From an uncultured Clostridia bacterium (GTDB taxonomy: Bacteria > Bacillota > Clostridia > TANB77 > CAG-508): a stretch of DNA of 64,000 nucleotides. The position numbers and the translations under genes are program-made. Shown here piece after piece: positions 39,661-50,658 of the stretch. The DNA is taken from contig CANQYM010000004.1 in NCBI GenBank assembly GCA_947628085.1, forward strand, positions 114,134-178,133, given 5' to 3'. Within the stretch, counting starts at the first letter, position 1. Every line of letters starts with the position of its first letter. The notes beneath the pieces are model-generated. The model ran no database searches, was not told the DNA's origin, and worked only from the letters and a program-made list of their open reading frames with translations.

Positions 39661-42600
39661 CTAATTTTCTTTTGGAACTTGTACACTGCCTATATATATT
39701 AATTTCATTTTTGCTAAATCGTTAAGATCTATATCATCGTCTCCGTCTAAATCTGCAGCCATATAATATACTCCTAATAATTCTGTTTTATCAATATAAT
39801 GTAATTTAATTCTACCTATATCATTTACTCCCATTGATTGTCCATCGCCATCAACATCACCAGTAATTATAACTGTGCATGTTATATCATTGCCAACTTT
39901 AATTTTTGTTCCTGTTGTAACTAAATCATTGTCATTTAGATGTTCTTCTTTTCCATCTGCTGATGTTTTTGTTATTACAGGTTCTTTTGAGTAAGATAAG
40001 TTTTCTTTAAATTGAGCAACAGTTGTATTTGATTCAACTTTTGTTATGTAGTGTTCTCCAACATCATAAACACTTGATGTTAATGTATCTTTTTCTACAA
40101 CTTTTTCAATGTTAACACTTACTTGTGTACCAACTGCAGTTGCTTTAGTAGGTGTAATTTCTTCTTCAGCACCTTTAATTCCTGCTGAACCTTCTAAGTC
40201 TATTAATTGAATAGAGGTAAATCCTTCTGTTGTAACATCAGATTTTACTCTAAATCTAATAGTAAATACTTCACCTGGTTCTTTTATATATTTATTGCTA
40301 TCTGTAATAAATTTAAAATTATCTAAATTATAATTTTCTTGAGATAAATTCCAGTTATCATTTCCTTTTAAAGATCCATCAACTACTTCTAATATAGAAG
40401 TATCAAATGTAAGTTTTCCTCCAACTGCAAGTAATCCTTCTCCAACATCTGTAAGTGAATCTATTGATGCTGTAACTGTAAATTCTTCTCCTGGAACTAA
40501 TTTATCTGTATCTGATAAATCTGTTGTAAGTTTAACAGTAAATTTAGGTTCTGCAACTACTGGTTGAGCTACAACTTCTAATCCGCTTTCTTTTTCTGTT
40601 TCACGAGTTGCTACTGTAGCAAATGCTGCTTTTACCATAGTTGTTTCTTCTGTTAAATCTTCATAATTAATTGTTATAGTATTTTGTAAATCTTTTACTT
40701 GATCTCCAACTACAACTTCGTCTAATTCATATCCTTCTGTTGGATTTATATTAACTGTTAGTGATTCTTCTGGTTCTAATGTGAATACTGTTTCATTTTC
40801 TTGACCACTTACAGCAATTGTTCCACCTGTAGTACCAGAAAGTACAACTGTTTTTGTTTGAGATGGTTCTTCTTCTTTTGCTTCAACTGCTGCTATTGTG
40901 AATGGACTAAATGAATCGCACATAACGATTAGTCCAAGTTTTGTAACAACAACAGGTATTTCTTCAACACTTATTATTTGTCCTTGATCATTTTTGGTGA
41001 AGTGGTATGCTTTAAATGTAACGCCTTCATCTTCAGGACCATATCCTGGAGGGAATCCAAGACGAACTCTAACCTTTTGTCCTGTACTTATAACTTGTTT
41101 TTTACATAATGTAAGTTTTATATTATATGTTTCTTCTGATAGAACTGTATCTTGTCCAGTTGTTTCATCTTCTCCTAAAACTTTATTCATTTCTTTAACT
41201 TGTGCATCATCTGCTCTTATAGCAACAAGAGCCATTCTGTGTTTTAGAGAATCTGCTAAATCATCTAAAGTTTCTCCTTCACTTGTTTGCCATCCATTTG
41301 TAGAAAGGTCTGTATTTTCCATTAATTGTGGTTTACCAAATACATTCCAATCAACTCCTTGTGAAGCTCTTAAAGCATAAGCATCACATCTATGAGCACA
41401 GAAGTAAGATAAATCATTTGGAACTTTTCCACTTCTTGCTCCAACAACACCTTTGAAAGATATTAGATAATATACTGAATCATCTTCATACATTTCACTT
41501 GGTGTGAAATCAAATGAAAATGTGCTTATTCCATCAAATTCAAAATTTTCTACTGTATAGTATTTATTTAAATCATTATTTGGAGAAGAAGGTACAGAAA
41601 CTGTCATTTTTATATCTTCTTTACTTCCAGTTGGTATTAATACATCATCATATTCTACTGTTACACGATATGTACTTCCAATATATAATGTTGAATTTAC
41701 TATTGGTGTAACTGTTTTAACATAAGGTGGTGCAACATAATCTCCATTTGGATTATATATTTTATCTGACATTACTATAAATGAACTTGGAGTTCCAAAA
41801 TAAGTTGTTTCTCTAGCAATTTTGTTTGGATCTCTTTCTTGTGGATTATGTGGTGCAGGTGCAATATCTGTAACTGCAACTTGTATATATTTACAATTTG
41901 AAATAGATGTTTGTAAATATGAATTTCCGTTTTCATCTGTTATATCTTCAATTGGATATAATTCAAAGTCTGTACGTAAATATCCCCATCCAGACTCTAT
42001 CCAGTTATCTGTTCCTGGATAATATTGATAATAATTTGCTACTATGTAGTATCCTTGCTCTGCAGCAGCTTTATATCCCATATTTTTATAACTTATTCTG
42101 AATATACCTGCATCTACATCCTCATCTTGATCATAAGCTTCGTCATCTAATTCAACAAGTAATCCATCTGTGTTGTAAACTGGTTCAAATTTATCACTTG
42201 TTGTTTGAAGTTTTGGATATGTAAATTCATAATTTGATTCAGACATTATTCCTGTTGGAACATGTTTTGCACCTACTTTATCATCTCCTACTAATAGGTA
42301 TTCTGATTTTTCAGTTCCTGTAGATGGGTCATCAAATGTTGCATCAACTGCATACCATTTTCCATCTTCTAGTTGAACATAATTCCACATATGTGGTTCT
42401 AGTTCTTCTTCTGTATGTTTGTAAATTCCAGTTACTAGAATACAAGGAATATTTAATTTATCTAAAACCATTTTTACAGCTCTAGCATATCCTTCACAAA
42501 CCATTTGTCCATTTGCTTTTGTTTCAGGATTGCTATCTAATATGTTTTCTTCTCCTGTTTCATTTGCAACAAATGCACCATAAACATTTCTTACGTTATA

Positions 42601-43257
42601 GTCACTTGCTCCGTCTTTTGCTTCGCCTTCATAAGTGTAGTCTGCATTATAAATTATTTGGTCATGAACATATTTTACTTGTTGTTCAACCATATTTTGA
42701 TTTTCTTCAATTTGAAGGTCTTTAGCACCTTGAACAATTTCATCTACTCTTTTATTAACAGCTGAAATTGATTTTTCTATTTCTTGAACACTTTTATTTA
42801 AGAATGCTTTATTACGATATGTGTCTCCTCTACCTGTTCCTAATGTAGCATGATATGTTCCTTCTTTTGAAGTTACTCTTAATGTTAAATAATCAAAATC
42901 TACATAGAATACATCTGGGTGATCAGCTACAAACGCATCTCTTGCTGCTCCCATTGATAAAAGTAAATCTTGTGAACCGTTTGCATAAGCTGAAAGTTGT
43001 TCTTGTGTAACACGATTGTTTTCTACAAGATCATAATTTGTATTTCCTGTTTTGAAACTTCCATCTTCAAGCATTTCTTCCATTGCATAATAAAATTCTT
43101 TTGACTCTTTTGTTAATTGGTTAAAAAAGTATTTTGTTGCAACTGTTTCTTTAATATCATCAGCTGCATATACTTTATTGTTGAATTTTAACCATGCAAA
43201 TTGTGCAACTAGTATTACAGCAATTATTAAAATTACAATAAATCTTTTTAGTTTCAT
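39661..43257 (-). CDS. Large secreted protein (1198 aa): transglutaminase-like cysteine-protease core, cohesin-like module and C-terminal type-I dockerin
   Basis: Signal peptide; Cys-His-Asp triad context (CEGYARAV…, HMWNYVQLEDGKWYAVDATFDD); LAVGGKLTFDTSILEVV cohesin-like; tandem Ca-binding dockerin repeats DVDGDGQSMGVNDIGRIK / DLDGDDDIDLNDLAKMK. Confidence 0.6.
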   Translation of the reverse strand: MKLKRFIVILIIAVILVAQFAWLKFNNKVYAADDIKETVATKYFFNQLTKESKEFYYAMEEMLEDGSFKTGNTNYDLVENNRVTQEQLSAYANGSQDLLLSMGAARDAFVADHPDVFYVDFDYLTLRVTSKEGTYHATLGTGRGDTYRNKAFLNKSVQEIEKSISAVNKRVDEIVQGAKDLQIEENQNMVEQQVKYVHDQIIYNADYTYEGEAKDGASDYNVRNVYGAFVANETGEENILDSNPETKANGQMVCEGYARAVKMVLDKLNIPCILVTGIYKHTEEELEPHMWNYVQLEDGKWYAVDATFDDPSTGTEKSEYLLVGDDKVGAKHVPTGIMSESNYEFTYPKLQTTSDKFEPVYNTDGLLVELDDEAYDQDEDVDAGIFRISYKNMGYKAAAEQGYYIVANYYQYYPGTDNWIESGWGYLRTDFELYPIEDITDENGNSYLQTSISNCKYIQVAVTDIAPAPHNPQERDPNKIARETTYFGTPSSFIVMSDKIYNPNGDYVAPPYVKTVTPIVNSTLYIGSTYRVTVEYDDVLIPTGSKEDIKMTVSVPSSPNNDLNKYYTVENFEFDGISTFSFDFTPSEMYEDDSVYYLISFKGVVGARSGKVPNDLSYFCAHRCDAYALRASQGVDWNVFGKPQLMENTDLSTNGWQTSEGETLDDLADSLKHRMALVAIRADDAQVKEMNKVLGEDETTGQDTVLSEETYNIKLTLCKKQVISTGQKVRVRLGFPPGYGPEDEGVTFKAYHFTKNDQGQIISVEEIPVVVTKLGLIVMCDSFSPFTIAAVEAKEEEPSQTKTVVLSGTTGGTIAVSGQENETVFTLEPEESLTVNINPTEGYELDEVVVGDQVKDLQNTITINYEDLTEETTMVKAAFATVATRETEKESGLEVVAQPVVAEPKFTVKLTTDLSDTDKLVPGEEFTVTASIDSLTDVGEGLLAVGGKLTFDTSILEVVDGSLKGNDNWNLSQENYNLDNFKFITDSNKYIKEPGEVFTIRFRVKSDVTTEGFTSIQLIDLEGSAGIKGAEEEITPTKATAVGTQVSVNIEKVVEKDTLTSSVYDVGEHYITKVESNTTVAQFKENLSYSKEPVITKTSADGKEEHLNDNDLVTTGTKIKVGNDITCTVIITGDVDGDGQSMGVNDIGRIKLHYIDKTELLGVYYMAADLDGDDDIDLNDLAKMKLIYIGSVQVPKEN

Positions 43258-43430
43258 AAATCCCCCTTAAATATTATTATTTGTACAATTATCGTAAGAT
43301 ATTATATCATTTCAAACCTTTCTTCGTCAACAATTTTATGCTTTCTTTTCCCTAATTTAATATTTTTGTAATAATTATTTCACACTATTTAAAAAAAGCA
43401 TCATATCATATAACAAAGGAGGGATTATTT

Positions 43431-43814
43431 ATGTTTAAAGAAAAAAACATTATATATAATTTTATTATTAGCTTGTTTTTAGCTATTTCAATCTCTGCTT
43501 TATTTTATGCTGAAAAAATAACTTCAATTTTAACATTAGTTTATATCACTTTAATATTCGGAATACTTGGAATATTTTCAATAATTGTTTCAGTTTTTTG
43601 TAATAATAAAAAAGAATGTGAATTAATTTATAAAACAAATTTAGTAGCTAATTCCTTAGGTGCAATAATTAGCAGTTTTTTTGCTTTAACAATTTGCTTA
43701 AAACCTTGTTTAATATCTACTACTTTTCTTGTTGGAGTTGTAGCATTTTTCTTAGTCTCTACAATTATAAGTTTAGGAGAAAAAATAATTTGTACTTTTT
43801 GTTGTAAGTATTAA
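43431..43814 (+). CDS. Small four-TM membrane protein with a Cys-rich tail (CTFCCKY)
   Basis: ORF track; hydrophobic profile. Confidence 0.4.
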   Translation: MFKEKNIIYNFIISLFLAISISALFYAEKITSILTLVYITLIFGILGIFSIIVSVFCNNKKECELIYKTNLVANSLGAIISSFFALTICLKPCLISTTFLVGVVAFFLVSTIISLGEKIICTFCCKY

Positions 43815-43817
43815 AAA

Positions 43818-43860
43818 ATATCTCTATTTAGTGTTTTTACTAAATAGAGATATTTTTTTA
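43818..43860. terminator. Bidirectional intrinsic terminator
   Basis: aaaatatctctatttagt-gttttt-actaaatagagatatttttt palindrome between convergent genes. Confidence 0.65.
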
Positions 43861-45882
43861 TTTTTCTATATTTAATTTTTTGATTTCTTCTAAGCTATTT
43901 AAATCATAAGAAACAATTTGTGTATCTGCCAATGTATATAACTTATTTTCTATATAAATTGCTCTATCAATGTTTGTTCTATAATCTATTTCTTGTAATA
44001 TTTCTCCATGTTTTTCAAATTTTCCATTTTCTAAGTCAATTTTAAAAATTATAAATCCATTTCTATCATTTTTATAATTTGATTCTCTAAGAGTTATTGG
44101 AAATCCTATTAAGTCTTTTGTTTTGCTATAAAATAAAACTTTATGATTATATTCTAGTTCTGAATATGCATAGCTTCCGCCTATATCTTCTGAGAAAATT
44201 TCTTTAGGATTTTCTAAGTCTGAAACATCAAACATAGATATTTTCATATTTGTATTTGTTATTCCTCCACTACTGTTTTGTTTTGTGTTATGACCAATTC
44301 CAATTATGTGATTTTCATCATAAGGATGTAGATATGAGCTATATCCTGGAATTTTTAATTCTCCTTTTATTACAGGATTTTCAGGATTTGATAAATCAAT
44401 TACAAACAATGGATCTAATTCTTTAAAAGTAACAATATATCCAATTTTTCCCATAAATCTAACTGAATATATTTGCTCATCTGGAGCTAAATCATCTATT
44501 TTTCCTACTTCTTTTAGTTCATCATTTAATATAAATAATGCATTTTTAGTTTTTCTTTCTCCAATGTTAACTGTAACAGTCTTTTCATCTCTCACTTCAC
44601 TTATTGGTTCATCATATGTTTCAATAGTTGTAGCAATTCTTAAGAATCCATCATATTCATCCATTGAAAATTGATTCTTTATATGTCCTTCAACTTCTCC
44701 TTTTGCCACTAAATTAATATTAGTAGAATCTAAGTCAAACTTATAAATAATTGTTTTGCATCCATTATAAGTATAATTTTTTCCATAAGAAAGTTGTGTT
44801 ATATATAAACTTTTCTCACTTGCATACACATCATTACTTGCTCCAAAAAAGCTTTCTACTTTTACTTCTTCTTTGTTGTTTATATTAAATCCACCAACTA
44901 ACATATAGTCATAATTTTGAGTACCTGAAAAATATGCAATGTCTTTATAAGAAATATTTGAATATCCCTTTGACATTGAAGAATCATAAGTTACTGGTAA
45001 AATTTCCTCATCTTTTAATTCATCACTATAAAAACTAAAATATTTTCTGCTTATAAAATATATGTTATCTCCAATCATTCTAGAATTAATATAGGTTCCA
45101 TCTAATCCAACTTCTCTTATTATTTCAGGATTGCTTCTATCTGTGATATCATAAACAATTGCTTTTGCTATATTTTTATTGCTTATACTTACATAGTCAT
45201 AAGCAATGCTTGCTTCAGCTCTTGAAGTATTTTCTGTGTATTCACAATAATTTCCTAAAACTATCATTTTATTTTCGTTTATATATAACTGATAAGGAGA
45301 AAATCTTGATGTTTGATTATCATCATATTTTAAAAATGTAATTAGGTCTAGACTGTCTGCTTTAATAATATAAACTATATTGTTAGTAATATAATAGATG
45401 TATGTTCCATCAGTTTTTACAATGTCTGCCTCATCAACATTTTCTACTTGCGTATTTGTTCTAGAATAATCTAAACTTGATTTTTCTTCATAAAAAGCAA
45501 CATCATTTGCTGTAGTTGATTTAGCGATTGAATCAGTAATAGTTTCTTCTTGTAATTCTCCGTTATATCCTCGTGTGGCTTTTTGGTTTTCACTTAAAAC
45601 TTCTCTTAGCTCTTCCATACTTTCAAATCGTGGAAGATTGTTTTTTGCTAGCATTTCTGTATTAGTAATTGGAGTAGTAGTTTCATTTTCTTCGTGTTTT
45701 AAGTTTTGAAATTCAAAAATTGAAACTGAAAATACTATAACTACAACTGCCACCATTGATAAAATTTTTATAACATCTATTTTTTTATGATTATTTATTT
45801 TTTCAAAAGTTTTTTCTTTTAATTTATCACTTGCATGAATTTGGTCTAAGGCTTTTTTATAATTATCTTTATTCATCTTCAA
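43858..45882 (-). CDS. Membrane anti-sigma-factor-like protein with an extracytoplasmic beta-propeller domain
   Basis: Short cytoplasmic N-terminus, one TM (ILSMVAVVVIVFSVSIF), then long repeats of YYI/…NNKIY… blades; overlaps the ECF sigma gene by 14 nt. Confidence 0.5.
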   Translation of the reverse strand: MKMNKDNYKKALDQIHASDKLKEKTFEKINNHKKIDVIKILSMVAVVVIVFSVSIFEFQNLKHEENETTTPITNTEMLAKNNLPRFESMEELREVLSENQKATRGYNGELQEETITDSIAKSTTANDVAFYEEKSSLDYSRTNTQVENVDEADIVKTDGTYIYYITNNIVYIIKADSLDLITFLKYDDNQTSRFSPYQLYINENKMIVLGNYCEYTENTSRAEASIAYDYVSISNKNIAKAIVYDITDRSNPEIIREVGLDGTYINSRMIGDNIYFISRKYFSFYSDELKDEEILPVTYDSSMSKGYSNISYKDIAYFSGTQNYDYMLVGGFNINNKEEVKVESFFGASNDVYASEKSLYITQLSYGKNYTYNGCKTIIYKFDLDSTNINLVAKGEVEGHIKNQFSMDEYDGFLRIATTIETYDEPISEVRDEKTVTVNIGERKTKNALFILNDELKEVGKIDDLAPDEQIYSVRFMGKIGYIVTFKELDPLFVIDLSNPENPVIKGELKIPGYSSYLHPYDENHIIGIGHNTKQNSSGGITNTNMKISMFDVSDLENPKEIFSEDIGGSYAYSELEYNHKVLFYSKTKDLIGFPITLRESNYKNDRNGFIIFKIDLENGKFEKHGEILQEIDYRTNIDRAIYIENKLYTLADTQIVSYDLNSLEEIKKLNIEK

Positions 45883-46351
45883 AACCTCCTTCTAATTTTT
45901 CCTTCAAAATTTCTCTCGCACGAGATAGCCATGTTTTCACTGTATTTTCGTTTGTATTCATAAGACTTGCTATCTCTTTTACTTTATATCCTTCATAATA
46001 AGAAAGATATATAACTGTTTTGTAGTTTAGAGGAAGTTCACACACTGCAGAAAAGACATCTGCTTCTTCTTTTTCTTCAAAAGGAATATTTTCATCTAAA
46101 AAAACAACTCTTTTATTCCAATTATTATTTTTAATATTTTTCGTTAAATTTATTGTAACTCGAATGAGCCAAGCTTTTTTATGCTCATCACTTTCAAACT
46201 TAGGCATTTTTTCACTAAATTTTAAAAATACTTCTTGAAATATATCTTCTGCATTTTCAATAGTTCCACATCTTGTAATAGCTATTTTATAAACCATATC
46301 TGCATATTTATTGATTGTTTCTTTAATATAATTTTCCTTTTGTTTCTGCAT
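45869..46351 (-). CDS. ECF-type RNA polymerase sigma factor
   Basis: Region 2 (…AEDIFQEVFLKFSEKM…) and region 4 HTH (…EGYKVKEIASLMNTNENTVKTWLSRAR…). Confidence 0.75.
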   Translation of the reverse strand: MQKQKENYIKETINKYADMVYKIAITRCGTIENAEDIFQEVFLKFSEKMPKFESDEHKKAWLIRVTINLTKNIKNNNWNKRVVFLDENIPFEEKEEADVFSAVCELPLNYKTVIYLSYYEGYKVKEIASLMNTNENTVKTWLSRAREILKEKLEGGFEDE

Positions 46352-46419
46352 TTAAAATTCCTCCTATCTACTATTAATACAAATTAGAATAGGTTTTGGT
46401 TTCAAAAAATATAATTTTT

Positions 46420-48444
46420 TTATTTATTTAATACATTTTTAATTTTTGAAATTACATAATGACTTCCACCACTAGTATTGTTTTGCACATTTTCTACCAT
46501 ACCAACAATAAGTAAGTTTCCACCTTCACGATTTAATGTTATACAGTTAAACCATCCTAAAGTTCCACTTTCTGTATCGTCTTTTGATTTTTTAAGTTCT
46601 GCAGTTCCAGTTTTTCCTAGCATTTCAAGTCCTTGTATTTTAGCATCATGTGCAGTTCCTTGTGGTGTTTCAACAACTTTAAGTAATGCAGTTTTAACTT
46701 TTTCTATTGCTTCATTTGAAAAAACATTTTCTTTTATATATTCTGGTTTATTATCATATTTAAATTCCAAATATGGTTTTATCATTTTTCCATCATTTAC
46801 AAGCATAGAATATATTGATGCCATATGAATAGGATTTACCAATACATCTCCTTGTCCATATCCAGAATTTGCAAGCTTTGCTTCTGTAAATTTACTATCT
46901 TTATTTAAATATTGAGAAGCTTTTAAAGTAATTGGAAAATCTATTTCTTCTCCAAATTTTAATTCATTTAATTTTTCTGAAAATTCATCTTCTCCTATTT
47001 TTAAAGCAAGTTGTGCAAAGAATATGTTATCTGAACGAATTAATGCATTTTCAACATTTTTAGCTTCATTATATTGTGTTAAAGTAGTAATAAAGTAATC
47101 TCCCCAGCCTTTATCTTTTTGCCAACTTGTTCCTGAATAAGTAAATTCAGTATTAGAATCTATTACTCCTTCTGATAGACCAATTAAAGCTGTTATAGGT
47201 TTAAAAGTTGAACCTGGGCAATAGCTTTGTTTAAAACGATTATATAAAGGTTTATTTTCATCTACATTTAATGAATTCCACTTTTCAGTAGTCATACCTA
47301 AAATAAAGTCATTAGAATCAAATGAAGGTGTGCTAACTAATGCTAAAACTTCTCCAGTTTCTGGATTCATTACAACAAAGAAGCCTTTATCATTTTTCAT
47401 TTGATCATAAAAACTTTTTTGAAGATCAAAATCTATAGTAGTTTGAATACTTTCTCCGTCTTTCTTATCTTGAGTTACAATTGTTTTTACTCTATCTCCA
47501 TTTTCATCTTCAATATATATTTCTGCTCCATCTATTGCTCTTATTTTTTGTTCAAAAGCATATTCTAGGCCAGATTTACCAATTAAACTAGAAGATGTAT
47601 AATTTTGTCCTTCATGGCTTTCTAATTCTTGTTCATTAATTGGTTGAATATATCCTACTAGATGTGCTGCTTCTTCTCCTAAATTATAAACTCTTCCGTC
47701 TATGCTATTTATCAAGACTCCTGGAATTTGTAGTAATTGTTCTTTAATAGGAGAATTTTTAGATATTTTTTTTATCGGAACAAAAGTATCATCTTTAACA
47801 TAAGACGCACTAAGTGAATTTTCTATTTTTTCTACTGAAACATCTAATAATTCTGAAATTTTAGATATATTTTGTTCTTTGTTATCTCCTAATTTTCCTG
47901 GCACAATTCCAACTTGAGAAATAGAGCCATCATAAGCTAATTCTTTGCCGTTTCTATCTAAAATTGAACCTCTTTTTCCTCTTAAAGTTGATATTCTAAC
48001 TTTATAATTTTCTTCTAATTCTGGGAAAATTAATTTTGAAGACCAGTTTATTTTATATTCTTTTTCTTCTTTTACAATTTGAGCTTTATTGTCTAAATTT
48101 ATTTCTCCAGCAGATGTATAGAATTTTTCTTTATAAGATAAATTAATTTTATTGTCTTCTTTTTCAGTTATTTCTAAATTATTTATTTCAAGAGAAGCTG
48201 TTCCTATTCCTTCATAAATGTTTTTATTTCTTGTTACAAAATCTTCTTTTGAAAACTTATCTTTAGATTCTTTTGAAAGCATTTCATACATTTCTTCATA
48301 TTTTTGTTCATTTATGTATGAATAAAATGTTTTTATAGTTTGCATTTGATTTTCTTTTGCCTTATTAATAGAAAATACAACCCCAAAAACTACTAAAAGT
48401 ATAAATACTAAAATTAGAACAAAAATTATAATTTTCTTTTTCAT
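46420..48444 (-). CDS. Class B penicillin-binding protein with an N-terminal NTF2-like (MecA_N-type) domain
   Basis: SxxK (SCPGSTFKP), SxN (SDN) and KTG (KTGTAE) motifs; N-terminal anchor. Confidence 0.75.
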   Translation of the reverse strand: MKKKIIIFVLILVFILLVVFGVVFSINKAKENQMQTIKTFYSYINEQKYEEMYEMLSKESKDKFSKEDFVTRNKNIYEGIGTASLEINNLEITEKEDNKINLSYKEKFYTSAGEINLDNKAQIVKEEKEYKINWSSKLIFPELEENYKVRISTLRGKRGSILDRNGKELAYDGSISQVGIVPGKLGDNKEQNISKISELLDVSVEKIENSLSASYVKDDTFVPIKKISKNSPIKEQLLQIPGVLINSIDGRVYNLGEEAAHLVGYIQPINEQELESHEGQNYTSSSLIGKSGLEYAFEQKIRAIDGAEIYIEDENGDRVKTIVTQDKKDGESIQTTIDFDLQKSFYDQMKNDKGFFVVMNPETGEVLALVSTPSFDSNDFILGMTTEKWNSLNVDENKPLYNRFKQSYCPGSTFKPITALIGLSEGVIDSNTEFTYSGTSWQKDKGWGDYFITTLTQYNEAKNVENALIRSDNIFFAQLALKIGEDEFSEKLNELKFGEEIDFPITLKASQYLNKDSKFTEAKLANSGYGQGDVLVNPIHMASIYSMLVNDGKMIKPYLEFKYDNKPEYIKENVFSNEAIEKVKTALLKVVETPQGTAHDAKIQGLEMLGKTGTAELKKSKDDTESGTLGWFNCITLNREGGNLLIVGMVENVQNNTSGGSHYVISKIKNVLNK

Positions 48445-48507
48445 ATATTTTTTCCTTTATTAGAATAAATTTAGGTTTTTAACTATGGCTTTACCTATAA
48501 ACCTTTA

Positions 48508-50293
48508 TTACTCAACTACAATAGCTTGACTATATAGTCTTTTCCAATTACTTATAAATTTACTCCTACTTTGTTTTACATTACTTCCAGCAGAAGGATC
48601 ATTTAAATAAACATAATCTTCATCATATCCAATTAAAACTGCACAATGTTCTCCAACTAATTCTTGAAAAGTTCCACTTCTATCCTCATAAGTCCATGTT
48701 ACACCTTCGCTTAAATTACCAGCATTTTTTACACACCAAACAACTACTGGATTACCTTTACTAACACAATTTAATAGAGCTTTTTCAGAGCATCCAGAAA
48801 TGTTTTTAACTTTTTCTCCTGCATAATTAGACATAGCACTTGCAATAGGTTTAGCAAAAACTCCATAAGAGCCTTTACTTAATCCTAAACTTGGATTTCC
48901 AACAAACTCTTCAAAAGGATTTCCACCATACCAGTTTCCGTCTTCGCCTTTATATTTCTTTGTTCCTAATTTCATATTATCTATAATATTTTTTGTTGAA
49001 ACATCAAATCCTTTATATTTTAATACCATAGTTGCTGAAACAGCTTCGCAACCTGTTGGATAGCCTAAAGATATTTGATTTAAATAAGGAACATTTTCTA
49101 TGTGATAGCTCGTTACTAAATTTTCTGGTTCTTCAACAGATGTATTTGTAGGTTCTTCTGGCTTTTCTTTAAGATAATAATTTGATTTTACTAGAGTATA
49201 TCCAACAACACCCTTTTCGTTTCTAACTTTTTTCCAACCATTTTTTGTGTCTTGCAAAAATTCAATTTGTTCATATTGAGATGTTGTAGCTAAAATTGTA
49301 TAGTCTGTGCTTGCACCAGTTCTAATATTGTATCTTCCATTTGCATATAATTTTGTATTTGAAGGAGCATCTTTTGAGACATTAACTGTTAAGCTAGCTT
49401 CTTTTTCTCCTTGATCTGTTACTGCTGTTATTTTTGCAGTTCCTTCTAATAGAGCTTTTATTTTTCTATTATTTATTGTTGCAATATTTTCATCTGAGCT
49501 TTTCCATTCAACATCTGTATATGTAGCTTCTATTGGCATAACTTTGGAATTTATAATATATTCTTGTCCTTTTCCAAGAGTTACTTCTGTATCATCTAAT
49601 GTAATTTGCTCAACAGGTATTTTTTTAACTTCTATATCAAAACTTTTTAATACGTTTTCTTTATAATCTTTTATAGTAATTGTAACTTGTCCAATTGCAT
49701 TTGCAATTATGTTTCCATTATCATCTATGCTTGCGATTTCAATATTTGAAGACTCATAAGTTAAATCTTTATAAGTGGAATCTTCTGGAAGTACTTTTGT
49801 TTCTAGTTTATAAATATCTCCTAATTTCAAACTATCTATAGCATTTGTTATTTCTACATCTTTAATTTTAATTAAACATTCTAAGTCTAATTTATTACTA
49901 GAAATTTCTGTTTCTCCAGAATCATCAGTTAAATAAATGCTTGCTTTTCCATTTTGTTTAGCTGTGATTTCTCCGATCTACAACTTCAATAATGTTTTCA
50001 TCTGTACTATGCCAAACTAAATTGCTTTTTGTAAAATCTTCTGGTGTAATTTTTGTATTTATATCAGCTGTTTCTCCTGGTTCTAATTCGTTGTTATCTA
50101 AACTGATTTCAATATTTTCTATTCTTATTGGTTTTATAAATAAATATGCTTTATGTATTAAATCAAATTTCAAAACTACAACTGCTAAAGTAATAGTCAA
50201 TATTACTAAAATTACTAAAAGTACCTTCTTTTTATTTAGTTTATTGTTTTTTTCATATATTGTCTCGTGTTTTGCCAACTTTTTCTCCTCCAA
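48508..50293 (-). CDS. Secreted Big_2 / SH3b / C39-like cysteine-peptidase domain protein, interrupted by a +1 frameshift near 49975 (track pieces 49958..50293 and 48508..49830)
   Basis: First piece ends …IIEVVDRRNHS*; deleting the G of the plus-strand ctccGatc gives …IIEVVDGEITAKQNGKASIYL… continuous into the Big_2 repeats, SH3b (…GYTLVKSNYY) and the C39-like domain (YPTGCEAVSA…EHCAVLIGYDEDYVYLNDP). Confidence 0.65.
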
Positions 50294-50443
50294 TATATTA
50301 AAAATACTATATATTTATAATACATTTATTAGATACAAAAAGTTTCATAAAAAGTTTCATCTACTCATTAAATTTACATTACAATTATATAACATAAGAC
50401 ATATTTTTTCATTAGAAAAATATATTTTTTACAAAAAATTTAT

Positions 50444-50612
50444 TTTTAAAAAAGTAGTACTTATATATTACTTTATAAGTGACGCGTAAGCGACCAACCG
50501 AAGCGTATGCGGAGGGCGATTGGAGCAATCTTCCTTTTATTTGTTTTAAAAAAGAAGATTGCGACACCAAGTCACGAGATAAAGTTATATATAAGTACTA
50601 CTTTTAAATAAG
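50444..50612. repeat. Palindrome-centred repeat element, copy 3 (core 50480-50574)
   Basis: Core as in copies 1 and 2 (2-3 substitutions); its own flanking inverted repeat gtagtacttatatattactttataag / cgagataaagttatatataagtactac. Confidence 0.85.
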
Positions 50613-50658
50613 AAAATATAAAAAAGAAGTCAATTTCTTAAATCGACTTCTAAAAATT

